Of a stretch of DNA of 64,000 nt, positions 1 through 8,166 are shown in pieces. The notes beneath the pieces were generated by a model that was not told the DNA's origin, did not search any database, and saw only the letters and a program-made list of their open reading frames with translations. Source of the stretch: Gemmatimonadales bacterium UBA1142 (lineage in GTDB: Bacteria > Gemmatimonadota > Gemmatimonadetes > Longimicrobiales > Gaopeijiaceae); assembly GCA_002311875.1 (NCBI GenBank), contig DCAD01000029.1, forward strand, positions 35,597 to 99,596, given 5' to 3'. Made by a program: the position numbers and the translations under genes. Position 1 is the stretch's first letter. Every line of letters starts with the position of its first letter.

Positions 1-171
1 CCCCGCTTTCTCCGTCCCTATATTGACGAATGCCGCTTGGATGCCCGGAAGCACAGCTTCCACACGACCGAGGAAGATATCCCCAATGATTCGGTCCTGG
101 TCGGGGCGTTCCAGCATGACCTCGACAAGCTTTTCGTCTTCCAGGAGCACAACCCAAGACTCCCTAGGCAT
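1..171 (-). CDS. RNase E/G-family endoribonuclease, first 57 codons only (gene runs off the left edge)
   Basis: Absent from the ORF track (too short). Manual reverse translation from ATG at 171-169 gives MPRESWVVLLEDEKLVEVMLERPDQDRIIGDIFLGRVEAVLPGIQAAFVNIGTEKAG. The G-x-I-F-x-G-R-V-x-x-V-x-P-G-x-Q-A-A-F-V-x-I-G stretch is the S1-domain opening typical of Rne/Rng proteins. An in-frame TGA three codons upstream fixes the start. Confidence 0.7.
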   Translation of the reverse strand, partial: MPRESWVVLLEDEKLVEVMLERPDQDRIIGDIFLGRVEAVLPGIQAAFVNIGTEKAG

Positions 172-752
172 CGCGCTCACGAGGATTTCTCTCCTCAAGA
201 TTCTCTCCGTTTGTTTAGTCACTCCTGCGTCACCCGAACCGGCACCGTCCGCGTGCCGAATCCCCCGCCTAGGCCTCTAGGCAACGGATCCGGCCACCGG
301 CCAGTATCCGGAGCGCCGGGCGCGGTTAGGTCGGTGTCCTAGGGTCGTGATCACCCAGTGGCCACCGGCCCCCTACCGCAGCAGGTCGACTCCAAGTTTT
401 TCCTTCAAAGTTTGTCTTTACCGCTTCACCCTCTCCTTAGAGCGCATGCGGTGAAGCCATCGTCAGTTGCTCTTACTCTGTTCAGCTAAGCTGTGTTGAA
501 AGATAACTGAACTAAGAATCTTGCTCGTGACTCATCCCATATCAGCGATCAAGACGCCATGCACAAGCAGGCCTTAGTTTTGTTTGGATTTGGCGAAAAG
601 CGTGACAGTCGGGCTTCTCATGATACAGCAAATCCTCTTCGCGGAAACTAACGCAGAATGGATTAGAGTCTGCATCGGGAACTTACGGCGGGGCTATTTC
701 ACTAGACGCAGCAGCCTGTATGGCGTAAACAGAATCCCTGGCGCCTCTCGGG
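172..752 (-). other. Long apparently non-coding region upstream of the RNase E/G gene (candidate structured 5' leader, promoter region or unannotated RNA)
   Basis: No credible ORF of 60 aa or more lies within it. The proximal part is GC-rich with perfect short hairpins at 181-196 and 267-282. The distal part (about 400-750) is AT-richer. It is the largest gap in the window. Confidence 0.35.
292..370. repeat. 11-bp direct repeat GGCCACCGGCC (292-302 and 360-370)
   Basis: Exact match read directly from the sequence. Both copies lie in the GC-rich part of the leader region. Significance unknown. Confidence 0.6.
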
Positions 753-772
753 TCAGATAAGCCTCTCGGGTC
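743..772. repeat. 12-bp direct repeat GCCTCTCGGGTC (743-754 and 761-772)
   Basis: Exact match read directly. The copies flank and overlap the stop codon (753-755) of the small minus-strand ORF 753..956. Confidence 0.6.
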
Positions 773-956
773 CGGGATCATTATCCTCACTAGAACTCAG
801 ATCCAGTTCCCTAGAGGAAGCGGAGGGCAGGAAGCGGATAAAGATCCCCGCCATGAGAATGATGATCGCCAACCCCGTCATCCAGTGTTCATCTAAGTAG
901 ATTCCGGCCAAGGCCAAAACGGCACCAGCCAAGAAGATACCGACTCTCCATTCCAA
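753..956 (-). CDS. Hypothetical small membrane protein (67 aa, two predicted TM helices, acidic C-terminal tail)
   Basis: The ORF-track translation has two hydrophobic stretches (VGIFLAGAVLALAGIYL and GLAIIILMAGIFIRFL) followed by SSSEDNDPGPE. I recognise no family. It lies downstream of the carboxyltransferase on the same strand. Confidence 0.4.
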   Translation of the reverse strand: MEWRVGIFLAGAVLALAGIYLDEHWMTGLAIIILMAGIFIRFLPSASSRELDLSSSEDNDPGPERLI

Positions 957-1145
957 GAATCGATCAGAGCTGCGGGAGCGGTCTAGAAAAAGGTACAGGT
1001 GTGTCTCCTAATCGTTATGAATTCTGACGACAGATGGCTTCATGGTCCGACGGTGGACCCACAGGACCTAGTACATCACAATCCCAGTGTATGTGTGGTG
1101 CGGCCCCACCCATTTGAAACGATTCCGCGCGATATCCTGTCTGGT

Positions 1146-2774
1146 TCACTGCGATTCATCCTGGATTTGGAATGGCCCTAAATGAGGACCAGGATTATTC
1201 AGGGAAGCGCGGAGAAGCACGCCCAGAGCGTCACGCAGTTCTTCGGGTAAGAGGATAGCGTCGACGAACCCTCGAGCCGCAGCAAAACGTGCGTCGAGTT
1301 CCTCTTCGTACTCAGCACGCATCTGGTCCATTTCAGTGGTCAACTCAGGCCCAGGATCCAAGCCCTGGTTTCTGATTGCCTGCAGTTGGGCGCTGAAGAT
1401 GGCCATCACCGCGCTCTCGCTTTCCATAACTCCCATCCGGCCAGTGGGTAGCGACAAAACGAAATCTGGATCGAATCCCTGCCCCCCCATCGCATAGTAT
1501 CCTGCCCCCGAAGCGTGGTTGAGGGTCAGCACGATCTTGGGGACCTTCGCAGTAGCCATTGCCTCCACAAATTCAGCACTTGCTCGGATGACTCCCGAAT
1601 GCTCCGCTTCGGCTCCAACCATGAAGCCCGAAACATCCTGGACAAACAAAATCGGTGTGTCGTACCGATTCATGGTTTCAATGAAATACGCCACCTTCCG
1701 AGCACTAGCCGTATAGACGATGCCCCCGAAACGAATAGGGCCTTCATCGGAACTCTTGAATGTGCCACGAGCGTTCGCGATCACTCCTATCCGGTAGCCG
1801 GCGAGGAAACCGGTCCCACAGATAATCTCTTGGGCATGGTCAGCCTGGAACTCCTGGAGTGGTTCCCCATCCAGGATACACTCAAGGATCGCTTGCATGT
1901 CAGAAGGCTGTCGGTGGTCATCGGGTATCAAGTCGTAGAGTTCGTATGCAAGTCTCTGGGGAGGTGTCGCGGTCCGGTCAACGGAAGATTTCGGTAAAGG
2001 AAGCTCGTGAACCAACTTCCGCAGGCGTTTTACACACTCCTCGTCACTCGCAACTACGTAGTGTGCCACAGCACTGACTTCTACATGGGCCCTCGCGCCA
2101 CCCAACTCCTCTGTGTCCACCATCTGACCTGTAACACTTCTTGCCAGATCTGGGCTCCCAAACCCCATAAACGAGGTGCCCTCAACCATGAGAATGACGT
2201 CCGATAGTGCTGGGAGATATACTCCAGCGGCGAGGCACGGCCCCATGACGGCCGCCAGCTGCGGTATCCGGAGGTAGCGGCGCATCACCGAGTTGTAGTA
2301 GAAGATTCGAGCTGCACCGTACTGGCCTGGAAAAACTCCACTCCGATATGGAAGGTGCACTCCCACCGAGTCGATGAGGTAGATGATCGGGATGCGGCAT
2401 CGCATCGCGACCTCCTGTGCCCTAAGAATCTTGGTGATCGTTTCAGGCCACCACGCCCCACCTCTGACGGTTGCGTCATTTGCAACAACCATAACATCCC
2501 GTCCTGAGACACAACCCACCGTCGTGACGACGCCCGCTCCGGGTGCCTGCCCGTCGTAGAGGTCGTGTGCAATTAGCAGTCCCAGTTCGACTGTCGGCTT
2601 GTTCTCATCAAAGAGGAGACGCAGCCTCTCACGCGCAGTGAGCTTCCCCTGTCCGTGCTGGTGCTCTATCCCTCCAGTTCCACCCCCCTCGTATAGACGC
2701 TCCCTAAGCTCTCGGATTTCGAGGGACAGCTCAGCCATCCGTCCGGAGGGTTTGCGTGGGGCTTTTGGGGTCAC
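1146..2774 (-). CDS. Acyl-CoA carboxyltransferase (carboxyl-transferase domain, beta-subunit type)
   Basis: 542 aa. VVANDATVRGGAWWPETITKILRAQEVAMRCRIPIIYLIDSVGVHLP plus a second carboxyltransferase half (GVIANARG...GGIVYTASARKVAYFIE). By recollection the ANDATV-x-GG-AW-x-P pattern resembles the MccB/GcdA-like branch rather than classic PccB (AQDFTVxGGS). Adjacent to the methylmalonyl-CoA mutase genes. Confidence 0.85.
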   Translation of the reverse strand: MTPKAPRKPSGRMAELSLEIRELRERLYEGGGTGGIEHQHGQGKLTARERLRLLFDENKPTVELGLLIAHDLYDGQAPGAGVVTTVGCVSGRDVMVVANDATVRGGAWWPETITKILRAQEVAMRCRIPIIYLIDSVGVHLPYRSGVFPGQYGAARIFYYNSVMRRYLRIPQLAAVMGPCLAAGVYLPALSDVILMVEGTSFMGFGSPDLARSVTGQMVDTEELGGARAHVEVSAVAHYVVASDEECVKRLRKLVHELPLPKSSVDRTATPPQRLAYELYDLIPDDHRQPSDMQAILECILDGEPLQEFQADHAQEIICGTGFLAGYRIGVIANARGTFKSSDEGPIRFGGIVYTASARKVAYFIETMNRYDTPILFVQDVSGFMVGAEAEHSGVIRASAEFVEAMATAKVPKIVLTLNHASGAGYYAMGGQGFDPDFVLSLPTGRMGVMESESAVMAIFSAQLQAIRNQGLDPGPELTTEMDQMRAEYEEELDARFAAARGFVDAILLPEELRDALGVLLRASLNNPGPHLGPFQIQDESQ

Positions 2775-2793
2775 CGCAAGGGGTTCATTCGGC

Positions 2794-3213
2794 TCAAAAC
2801 GTATCCTGCCCTACGAACCAGTTTTGAATGTAATCGATGACTTCAGTGGTCGGGGTTCCCGGCCCAAAGAGCCTCCCAACACCCTGACTCTCGAGAGCCT
2901 CTATATCCTCCACCGGGATAATCCCACCACCGGTGAGCAGAATACGGTTTGCGCCGGCTCCGTCCAGAAGTTCCCTGACCTTGGGAAAAAGCGTCATGTG
3001 GGCTCCGGAGAGAATTGACATTGCAACAACGTGCACGTCTTCCTGCACAGCTGCGTTCACGATCATTTCTGGAGTCTGATGGAGGCCGGTGTATATCACC
3101 TCGAATCCAGCATCCCGAAGGGCACTCGCAATCACTTTGGCACCACGGTCATGTCCGTCCAGGCCAGGTTTGGCGACGAGTACTCGGATTTTTTGATCGA
3201 TATTTAGCATCAA
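2794..3213 (-). CDS. Methylmalonyl-CoA mutase, cobalamin-binding small subunit
   Basis: 139 aa. B12-binding DxHxxG motif ([12 protein letters not shown]) and a Rossmann-like [11 protein letters not shown]. The ATGA overlap with the stop of the catalytic subunit suggests translational coupling. Confidence 0.9.
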   Translation of the reverse strand: MMLNIDQKIRVLVAKPGLDGHDRGAKVIASALRDAGFEVIYTGLHQTPEMIVNAAVQEDVHVVAMSILSGAHMTLFPKVRELLDGAGANRILLTGGGIIPVEDIEALESQGVGRLFGPGTPTTEVIDYIQNWFVGQDTF

Positions 3214-4955
3214 AAGAATACAGGCTCTTTATAGGAATCAAATACGTCCTCCATAGCCCGTCGGATCTCGTAGAGAGTGCAGTACACCCTCGCACATTCC
3301 AGGATTCGAGGAACCAGGTTCTCTCCGGTTCGGCTTGATTCTTGAAGCTCCCTTAACCTGCGTTCGACGGCTTCAGGATCCCGGTGTGCTCTCAGGTCAG
3401 CCATTTGGGCCACCTGACTTTCTTCGATCACCGGGTCTATACGAAGGGTCTCGATCTCGTCTTCCTCCGAACCTTCAGTGAAGCGGTTCACGCCCACCAC
3501 CACTCGGTCACCCGCCTCGACTTCTCGCTGCTGGAGCATAGCCGACATTGAAATTTCCCTCTGGAACCAGCCTTCTTCGATCGCTGGAACCACCCCACCC
3601 AAGCAATCAATCTCTTCGAAGATCGCCAGCGCATCCCGCTCTAACTCGTCGGTCAATGCCTCTAAGAAGTACGACCCGGCCAGGGGGTCGATCGTGTTCG
3701 TCACACCGGACTCAAATGCTAGGACCTGTTGGGTTCTGAGTGCAATTCGGACTGACTTCTCTGTGGGCAAGGCCAGTGTCTCGTCCATAGAATTTGTGTG
3801 CAGGGACTGCGTACCGCCAAGCGCAGCAGCCATCGCCTGGTAGGCAACCCGGACAATGTTGTTCTCTGGCTGCTGGGCAGTCAGGGTAACGCCAGCTGTT
3901 TGCGCATGCGTTCGAAGACGCCAAGACTCAGGATTCTTAGCCTGGTATTTCTCTCGCATCATACGAGCCCAGATTCTTCTCGCTGCTCGGAACTTCGCGA
4001 TCTCCTCAAAAAAATCGTTGTGCACATCAAAAAAGAAAGACAGATGTGGAGAGAAAGAATCCACATCCAAGCCTCGGGCGATAGCTCTTTCGACGTACTC
4101 AAAACCGTTCCTGAGCGTAAACGCTAACTCCTGGGATGCGGTCGCCCCAGCTTCCCGAATGTGATAGCCTGAAATCGAGATCGGGTTGTAGTTAGGTGTG
4201 TTTTCGCTACACCACTCGAACATGTCTACAATACACCGTATCGCCGGCTCCGGTGGGAATATCCATGCATGTTGAGCTTGGTATTCTTTGAGAATATCGT
4301 TCTGCACCGTACCACGAAGTACTCTTGGAGAAACCCCCTGCTTCTCAGCAGCCGCCACGTAGAAACAGAACAGGATGATCGCAGGGCCATTGATCGTCAT
4401 CGACACTGAAACCTCGTTCAGAGGGATCCCTTCGAAAAGCCGCTCCATGTCATGGAGTGATGAGATCGCCACTCCGCACACGCCAACTTCTCCAAGGGAA
4501 CGAGGGTGATCGGAATCGAATCCCATAAGAGTTGGAAAATCGAAAGCGACAGAAAGTCCCGTCTGTCCCTGTTTCAAGAGGTACTTATAGCGCTCATTCG
4601 TCTCCTTGGCAGTCCCGAATCCAGCAAACTGGCGTTTGGTCCAAAGTCGAGTACGGTACATCGTGCTGTAGGGCCCGCGTGTGAACGGGTACTCCCCCGG
4701 GAAGCCGAGAGCATCCTGATACTGGGAGGCACTTCGATCGAGCGGAGTATAAAGCGGCTTTATTTCACGACCGGAGACCGTCGAAAAAAGAGAGTCTCGC
4801 TCCTGAGCTTGAGCGTAGCTCTGCTCCCAACGACTAAGGCGCTCCCTTAACTCAGAGAGCTCAGCCTCCTGCTCTCTTAGTAAAACCAGGAGTTCCGATG
4901 AACCCGAAGCTTCTTTCTCGATCGTCGACATGACTCCCCTCTTGTTCGTCAACAA
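3210..4955 (-). CDS. Methylmalonyl-CoA mutase, catalytic (N-terminal TIM-barrel) large subunit
   Basis: 581 aa. [60 protein letters not shown]. No B12 domain, consistent with the split enzyme. Confidence 0.92.
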   Translation of the reverse strand: MLTNKRGVMSTIEKEASGSSELLVLLREQEAELSELRERLSRWEQSYAQAQERDSLFSTVSGREIKPLYTPLDRSASQYQDALGFPGEYPFTRGPYSTMYRTRLWTKRQFAGFGTAKETNERYKYLLKQGQTGLSVAFDFPTLMGFDSDHPRSLGEVGVCGVAISSLHDMERLFEGIPLNEVSVSMTINGPAIILFCFYVAAAEKQGVSPRVLRGTVQNDILKEYQAQHAWIFPPEPAIRCIVDMFEWCSENTPNYNPISISGYHIREAGATASQELAFTLRNGFEYVERAIARGLDVDSFSPHLSFFFDVHNDFFEEIAKFRAARRIWARMMREKYQAKNPESWRLRTHAQTAGVTLTAQQPENNIVRVAYQAMAAALGGTQSLHTNSMDETLALPTEKSVRIALRTQQVLAFESGVTNTIDPLAGSYFLEALTDELERDALAIFEEIDCLGGVVPAIEEGWFQREISMSAMLQQREVEAGDRVVVGVNRFTEGSEEDEIETLRIDPVIEESQVAQMADLRAHRDPEAVERRLRELQESSRTGENLVPRILECARVYCTLYEIRRAMEDVFDSYKEPVFF

Positions 4956-5018
4956 CAGTACCTAATTAGTAAGTGGCTAACCCAAGAAGAAAAACATGTC
5001 CCCAGAACTTACAAGGGG

Positions 5019-6155
5019 TCAACGTAAGAGTCGGTTCACGATATCCCAGGCAACGGAGTACGGTGTGTCTTTACCCTTTTGAATTCGGTCCAAACCCTGG
5101 TCTAATACAGCAAGTAGGGCATCGGAATGCCATGCTGTTCTGCGCAGCTCGCGATCCACGACGTCCTGGATGCGGACTTTCCCGCGGGCTCGCCTCCGCT
5201 CTTCGAGTTCACCGGACTCTTCAAGCCAGGAACGATGGGCTTCGATCATATCCATCAGATGTTCCACGCCTTCTCCACTTTGAGCTACGGTCGAGAGTAC
5301 CGGCGGCGACCAACCTGGACCTTTGAACTCCTCACCAGACTCCTTTCTCCTGATCCGATCCAAATCAAGACCGTGGTAAACAGGCTCACTTTCAAGCACT
5401 GTGCCCACCCTCAAGTGCAATCCCTGCCGGAGATCTTTAACAAGCCGGTCAGCACCCGGGCGGTCCGCCTTGTTGACGACGAAGATATCGGCAATCTCCA
5501 TGAGACCGGCTTTCATGGCCTGGATGGCGTCCCCCGATTCCGGCACCAGCACAACAATCACAGTGTCGGCAGCTGCAGTGATCTCAATCTGTGTCTGGCC
5601 TACCCCAACGGTCTCGACTAACACGCGATCGAAACCGAAAGCGTCCATAAGATCTATGACCTCTTTGGTCGTAGTAGCGAGACCACCGAGCGAACCTCTC
5701 GTAGCCATCGATCGGATGAAAATCCCTGGATCAGTTGCGAGGTCACTCATCCTGATTCGATCACCGAGGAGCGCACCACCCGAATACGGAGAAGTCGGGT
5801 CGACAGCCACGACTCCAAGCTGCTCGTTCCGAGTTCTCCAGATCGTCGCTACCACGGACAGCAGGCTAGATTTTCCAGCTCCGGGGGGTCCAGTGAAGCC
5901 TATGCGGGCTGCGCTAGGGCCAACTCGCAATACTTCGTGAAGAAAGTCCTCGAACCCTGGACGCTCGTTCTCCACAAGCGAAATCGCCCGCCCTAGAGCG
6001 ACAGCTTCTGCCGCATGGAATCGCTCGAGCAACTCTGCCAGCGCAGATTCAAGGGGACCAGTTACCGCATTCATCTCATCTTCACTCGTTCCGCTGGACC
6101 CCTCTAGGTGTTGAATCGGATTCGACACAGGGCGGGCTTGGACAAACAAGACCAC
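5019..6155 (-). CDS. meaB: Methylmalonyl-CoA mutase-associated G-protein chaperone (ArgK/MeaB)
   Basis: P-loop GFTGPPGAGKSSLL, ETVGVGQ, NKxD box VVNKADR. Immediately upstream of the mutase genes. Confidence 0.9.
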   Translation of the reverse strand: MVLFVQARPVSNPIQHLEGSSGTSEDEMNAVTGPLESALAELLERFHAAEAVALGRAISLVENERPGFEDFLHEVLRVGPSAARIGFTGPPGAGKSSLLSVVATIWRTRNEQLGVVAVDPTSPYSGGALLGDRIRMSDLATDPGIFIRSMATRGSLGGLATTTKEVIDLMDAFGFDRVLVETVGVGQTQIEITAAADTVIVVLVPESGDAIQAMKAGLMEIADIFVVNKADRPGADRLVKDLRQGLHLRVGTVLESEPVYHGLDLDRIRRKESGEEFKGPGWSPPVLSTVAQSGEGVEHLMDMIEAHRSWLEESGELEERRRARGKVRIQDVVDRELRRTAWHSDALLAVLDQGLDRIQKGKDTPYSVAWDIVNRLLR

Positions 6156-6246
6156 GTTGAACGCCGGAACTCAGATGTAAGACAACAGCGACCCTCCGCA
6201 ACACACCGTTCACGCTCTTGTCCCTGTTAGGGTTGGACGCGCGGAA

Positions 6247-7596
6247 TCACAGCAGCAGATGCGAGGCCAGCCAGAGTAATAGGAAGAATCCTAAGAGATC
6301 AGTGAGCGTATGCACGAATACTGAGGAGGCAATCGAGGGATCGATTCCGGCACGGTCGAGTCTAGTAGGGATGAACGCTCCCGCAAAACCGGCAACGATC
6401 TGATTGCCCCACATCGCAAGCAGAACAACCAGTCCAAGCATCACGTTCCCGTCGATCAGGAACGCAAGCAGAGCAATCCCGACTCCGAGAACTGCACCGT
6501 TGACAAGACCTACCAAGATCTCCTTAGCGACGAAGCCCCGAGCGGATCCGGATCCCTGAAGGGTGATACGGCGGATCGTCACAGCCAGTGACTGGGTGCC
6601 AGAGCTACCACCCATCGCCGCTATGATCGGTGCAAGGAACGCCAGAGTCAGCTCCTTTTCTATCAAATCCTTGAAGACGAGGATGACTGACGCGGCTATT
6701 GCTGCTGTAGCAAGATTCAACATCAGCCAAGGGAGGCGTGTACGCACTGACTGCACCCAGGTGTGCTTCAGTTCATCCTCGTCCGTGACACCCGCAAGCA
6801 TCAAGATGTCCTCGGTCTGTTCTGATTCGATCACTTTGATGACGTCATCAAAGGTGATGCGGCCAAGAAGCACGCCTTCGTCCGTCACCACCGGTATTGC
6901 TGCCAAATTGTAGCGGCCGAGAAGTTTCCCAACCTGTTCTTGATCTTCATCCGGCGACACAGTCACGCTCGGCTCTTCTACGAGTGCTTTGATGCTAGCT
7001 CCCGGATCCGCAACCACCAGATCGTCCAATCTCATCGTGCCCAGAAGCCGGCGCTCCTGATCGATCACGAAAACCGTGTAAAAATCCTCGACATCCCTGC
7101 CCAGGATGCGAACCTGTCGGATCGCCTCATCAGCCGTTAGGGAGGCCTCCACCTCAACGAGCTCGGTCGTCATGAGCCCCCCAGCTGTCTCCTCATCGTA
7201 GCGTAATAGGCGTTTGATATCTCCAGCTTCGTCAACCGGAAGCGTTGCTAGAGTCTTCCTCTGGTCGTCGGGTTCCAGCTCCCCGATGAGGTCCGTAGCG
7301 TCGTCATCCGGGAGTGCTCGAAGGAATTCGGCGATCTTTTCTGCTGGGAGAGCTGCTAAGAGTTGGGCACGATCCTCACCCTCAGCCATCTCTACCAAGG
7401 CTTGAGATGCCAGTGGCGTCGGGAGCATGCACAAGATCTCCACCCGATACTCCTCGGCCAGTGATTCTATCAGGTCAGCAAGATCCGACGGGTGCAATCC
7501 TGCGGCCTGATCAGAGACTAATCGGAGTTGGCCGGTGCCTGTGAGTTCGTCGAGTTGTTCCCGCAGCTGCTTGATCTCTTGTGCGGACCTCTTCAT
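6247..7596 (-). CDS. mgtE: Magnesium transporter MgtE
   Basis: 449 aa. Acidic N-domain (LPDDDATDLIGEL), two CBS-like segments, a C-terminal 5-TM domain with GGSSGTQS and DPSIASSVFVHTLTDLLGFF. Confidence 0.9.
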   Translation of the reverse strand: MKRSAQEIKQLREQLDELTGTGQLRLVSDQAAGLHPSDLADLIESLAEEYRVEILCMLPTPLASQALVEMAEGEDRAQLLAALPAEKIAEFLRALPDDDATDLIGELEPDDQRKTLATLPVDEAGDIKRLLRYDEETAGGLMTTELVEVEASLTADEAIRQVRILGRDVEDFYTVFVIDQERRLLGTMRLDDLVVADPGASIKALVEEPSVTVSPDEDQEQVGKLLGRYNLAAIPVVTDEGVLLGRITFDDVIKVIESEQTEDILMLAGVTDEDELKHTWVQSVRTRLPWLMLNLATAAIAASVILVFKDLIEKELTLAFLAPIIAAMGGSSGTQSLAVTIRRITLQGSGSARGFVAKEILVGLVNGAVLGVGIALLAFLIDGNVMLGLVVLLAMWGNQIVAGFAGAFIPTRLDRAGIDPSIASSVFVHTLTDLLGFFLLLWLASHLLL

Positions 7597-7725
7597 TGGT
7601 GGACCTGGGAGTTTGTGGGTCTGCGGTCACCATCACAGCGGAGGCTACTGTAGCGCTCTACAGTCCATCTAAGGCGCTGGAAGATCCCCGACCCGGTCAC
7701 CCCCCGCAAGGCTCAGATCTGGAAG

Positions 7726-8151
7726 CTACTCGAAGTCGGTGAGTACCTGACAAACAAGTCTTTCCTGGACTTGGAACATAGGACTTGTAAAACGGGTTGA
7801 GTCTTTTGGGTGATCATGCCCTAAGACATGCAGTGCGCCATGAACCACCAATCTCACAAGCTCTTCGTCGAGCGGTACTTCATGCTCCTTAGCCTGACGA
7901 CCCGCCTGATCCACGCACACGTACACATCCCCAAGTGGCAGCTCTCTTGTACCCATGGAAAACGCTAGCACATCCGTTCGAACATCACGGCCGAGGTACC
8001 TGGCATTCAACTCCCTCATCTCCTGATCCCCAATCAGGGTTACCGAAAACTCACCGGACCGACCGTCTTCGATCAGAGTCCGACGGATCGCTGTCTCCAA
8101 TAGCAAGCACGGGGCATCCCTGTAAGGACCAAGATTGACTTGGATGTCCAA
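7726..8151 (-). CDS. ybeY: rRNA maturation endoribonuclease YbeY
   Basis: 141 aa with the zinc motif HGALHVLGHDH. Sits in the conserved phoH / 7TM-HD / ybeY arrangement. Confidence 0.92.
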   Translation of the reverse strand: MDIQVNLGPYRDAPCLLLETAIRRTLIEDGRSGEFSVTLIGDQEMRELNARYLGRDVRTDVLAFSMGTRELPLGDVYVCVDQAGRQAKEHEVPLDEELVRLVVHGALHVLGHDHPKDSTRFTSPMFQVQERLVCQVLTDFE

Positions 8152-8166
8152 GAAAAGCGTCCGTGA

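Noticed and set aside
23-342. Plus-strand ORFs 23..280 (85 aa) and 37..342 (101 aa)
   Set aside because: They run antisense to a clearly recognisable RNase E/G N-terminus (171..1) and through its GC-rich upstream region. The translations are low-complexity (Ser/Arg/Pro-rich) and motif-free, so they look like shadow ORFs.
400-780. Possible RNase P RNA, tmRNA, SRP RNA or tRNA in the large gap
   Set aside because: I looked on both strands and found none of these: the RNase P GAGGAAAGUCC / ACAGAACCCGGCUUA blocks; a tmRNA tag reading frame ending in ALAA-stop with a tRNA-like GGUUCGAAUCC end; the SRP GGAAGCAGCC motif; T-loop GTTCGAATC-type sequences. Only weak partial resemblances were seen (ACAGAATCC, GACAGTCGGGC). 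A covariance-model search is still needed.
6156-6246. Cobalamin riboswitch upstream of the meaB / mutase operon
   Set aside because: A 91-nt gap is too short for a B12 element (about 200 nt), and no B12-box-like sequence was seen.
7597-7725. M-box (Mg2+) riboswitch upstream of mgtE
   Set aside because: The gap is only 129 nt, shorter than a typical M-box (about 160-170 nt). I could not recognise its conserved segments. It contains only a 6-bp hairpin (CTGTAG/CTACAG, about 7647-7662) and two GGTCACC palindromes.
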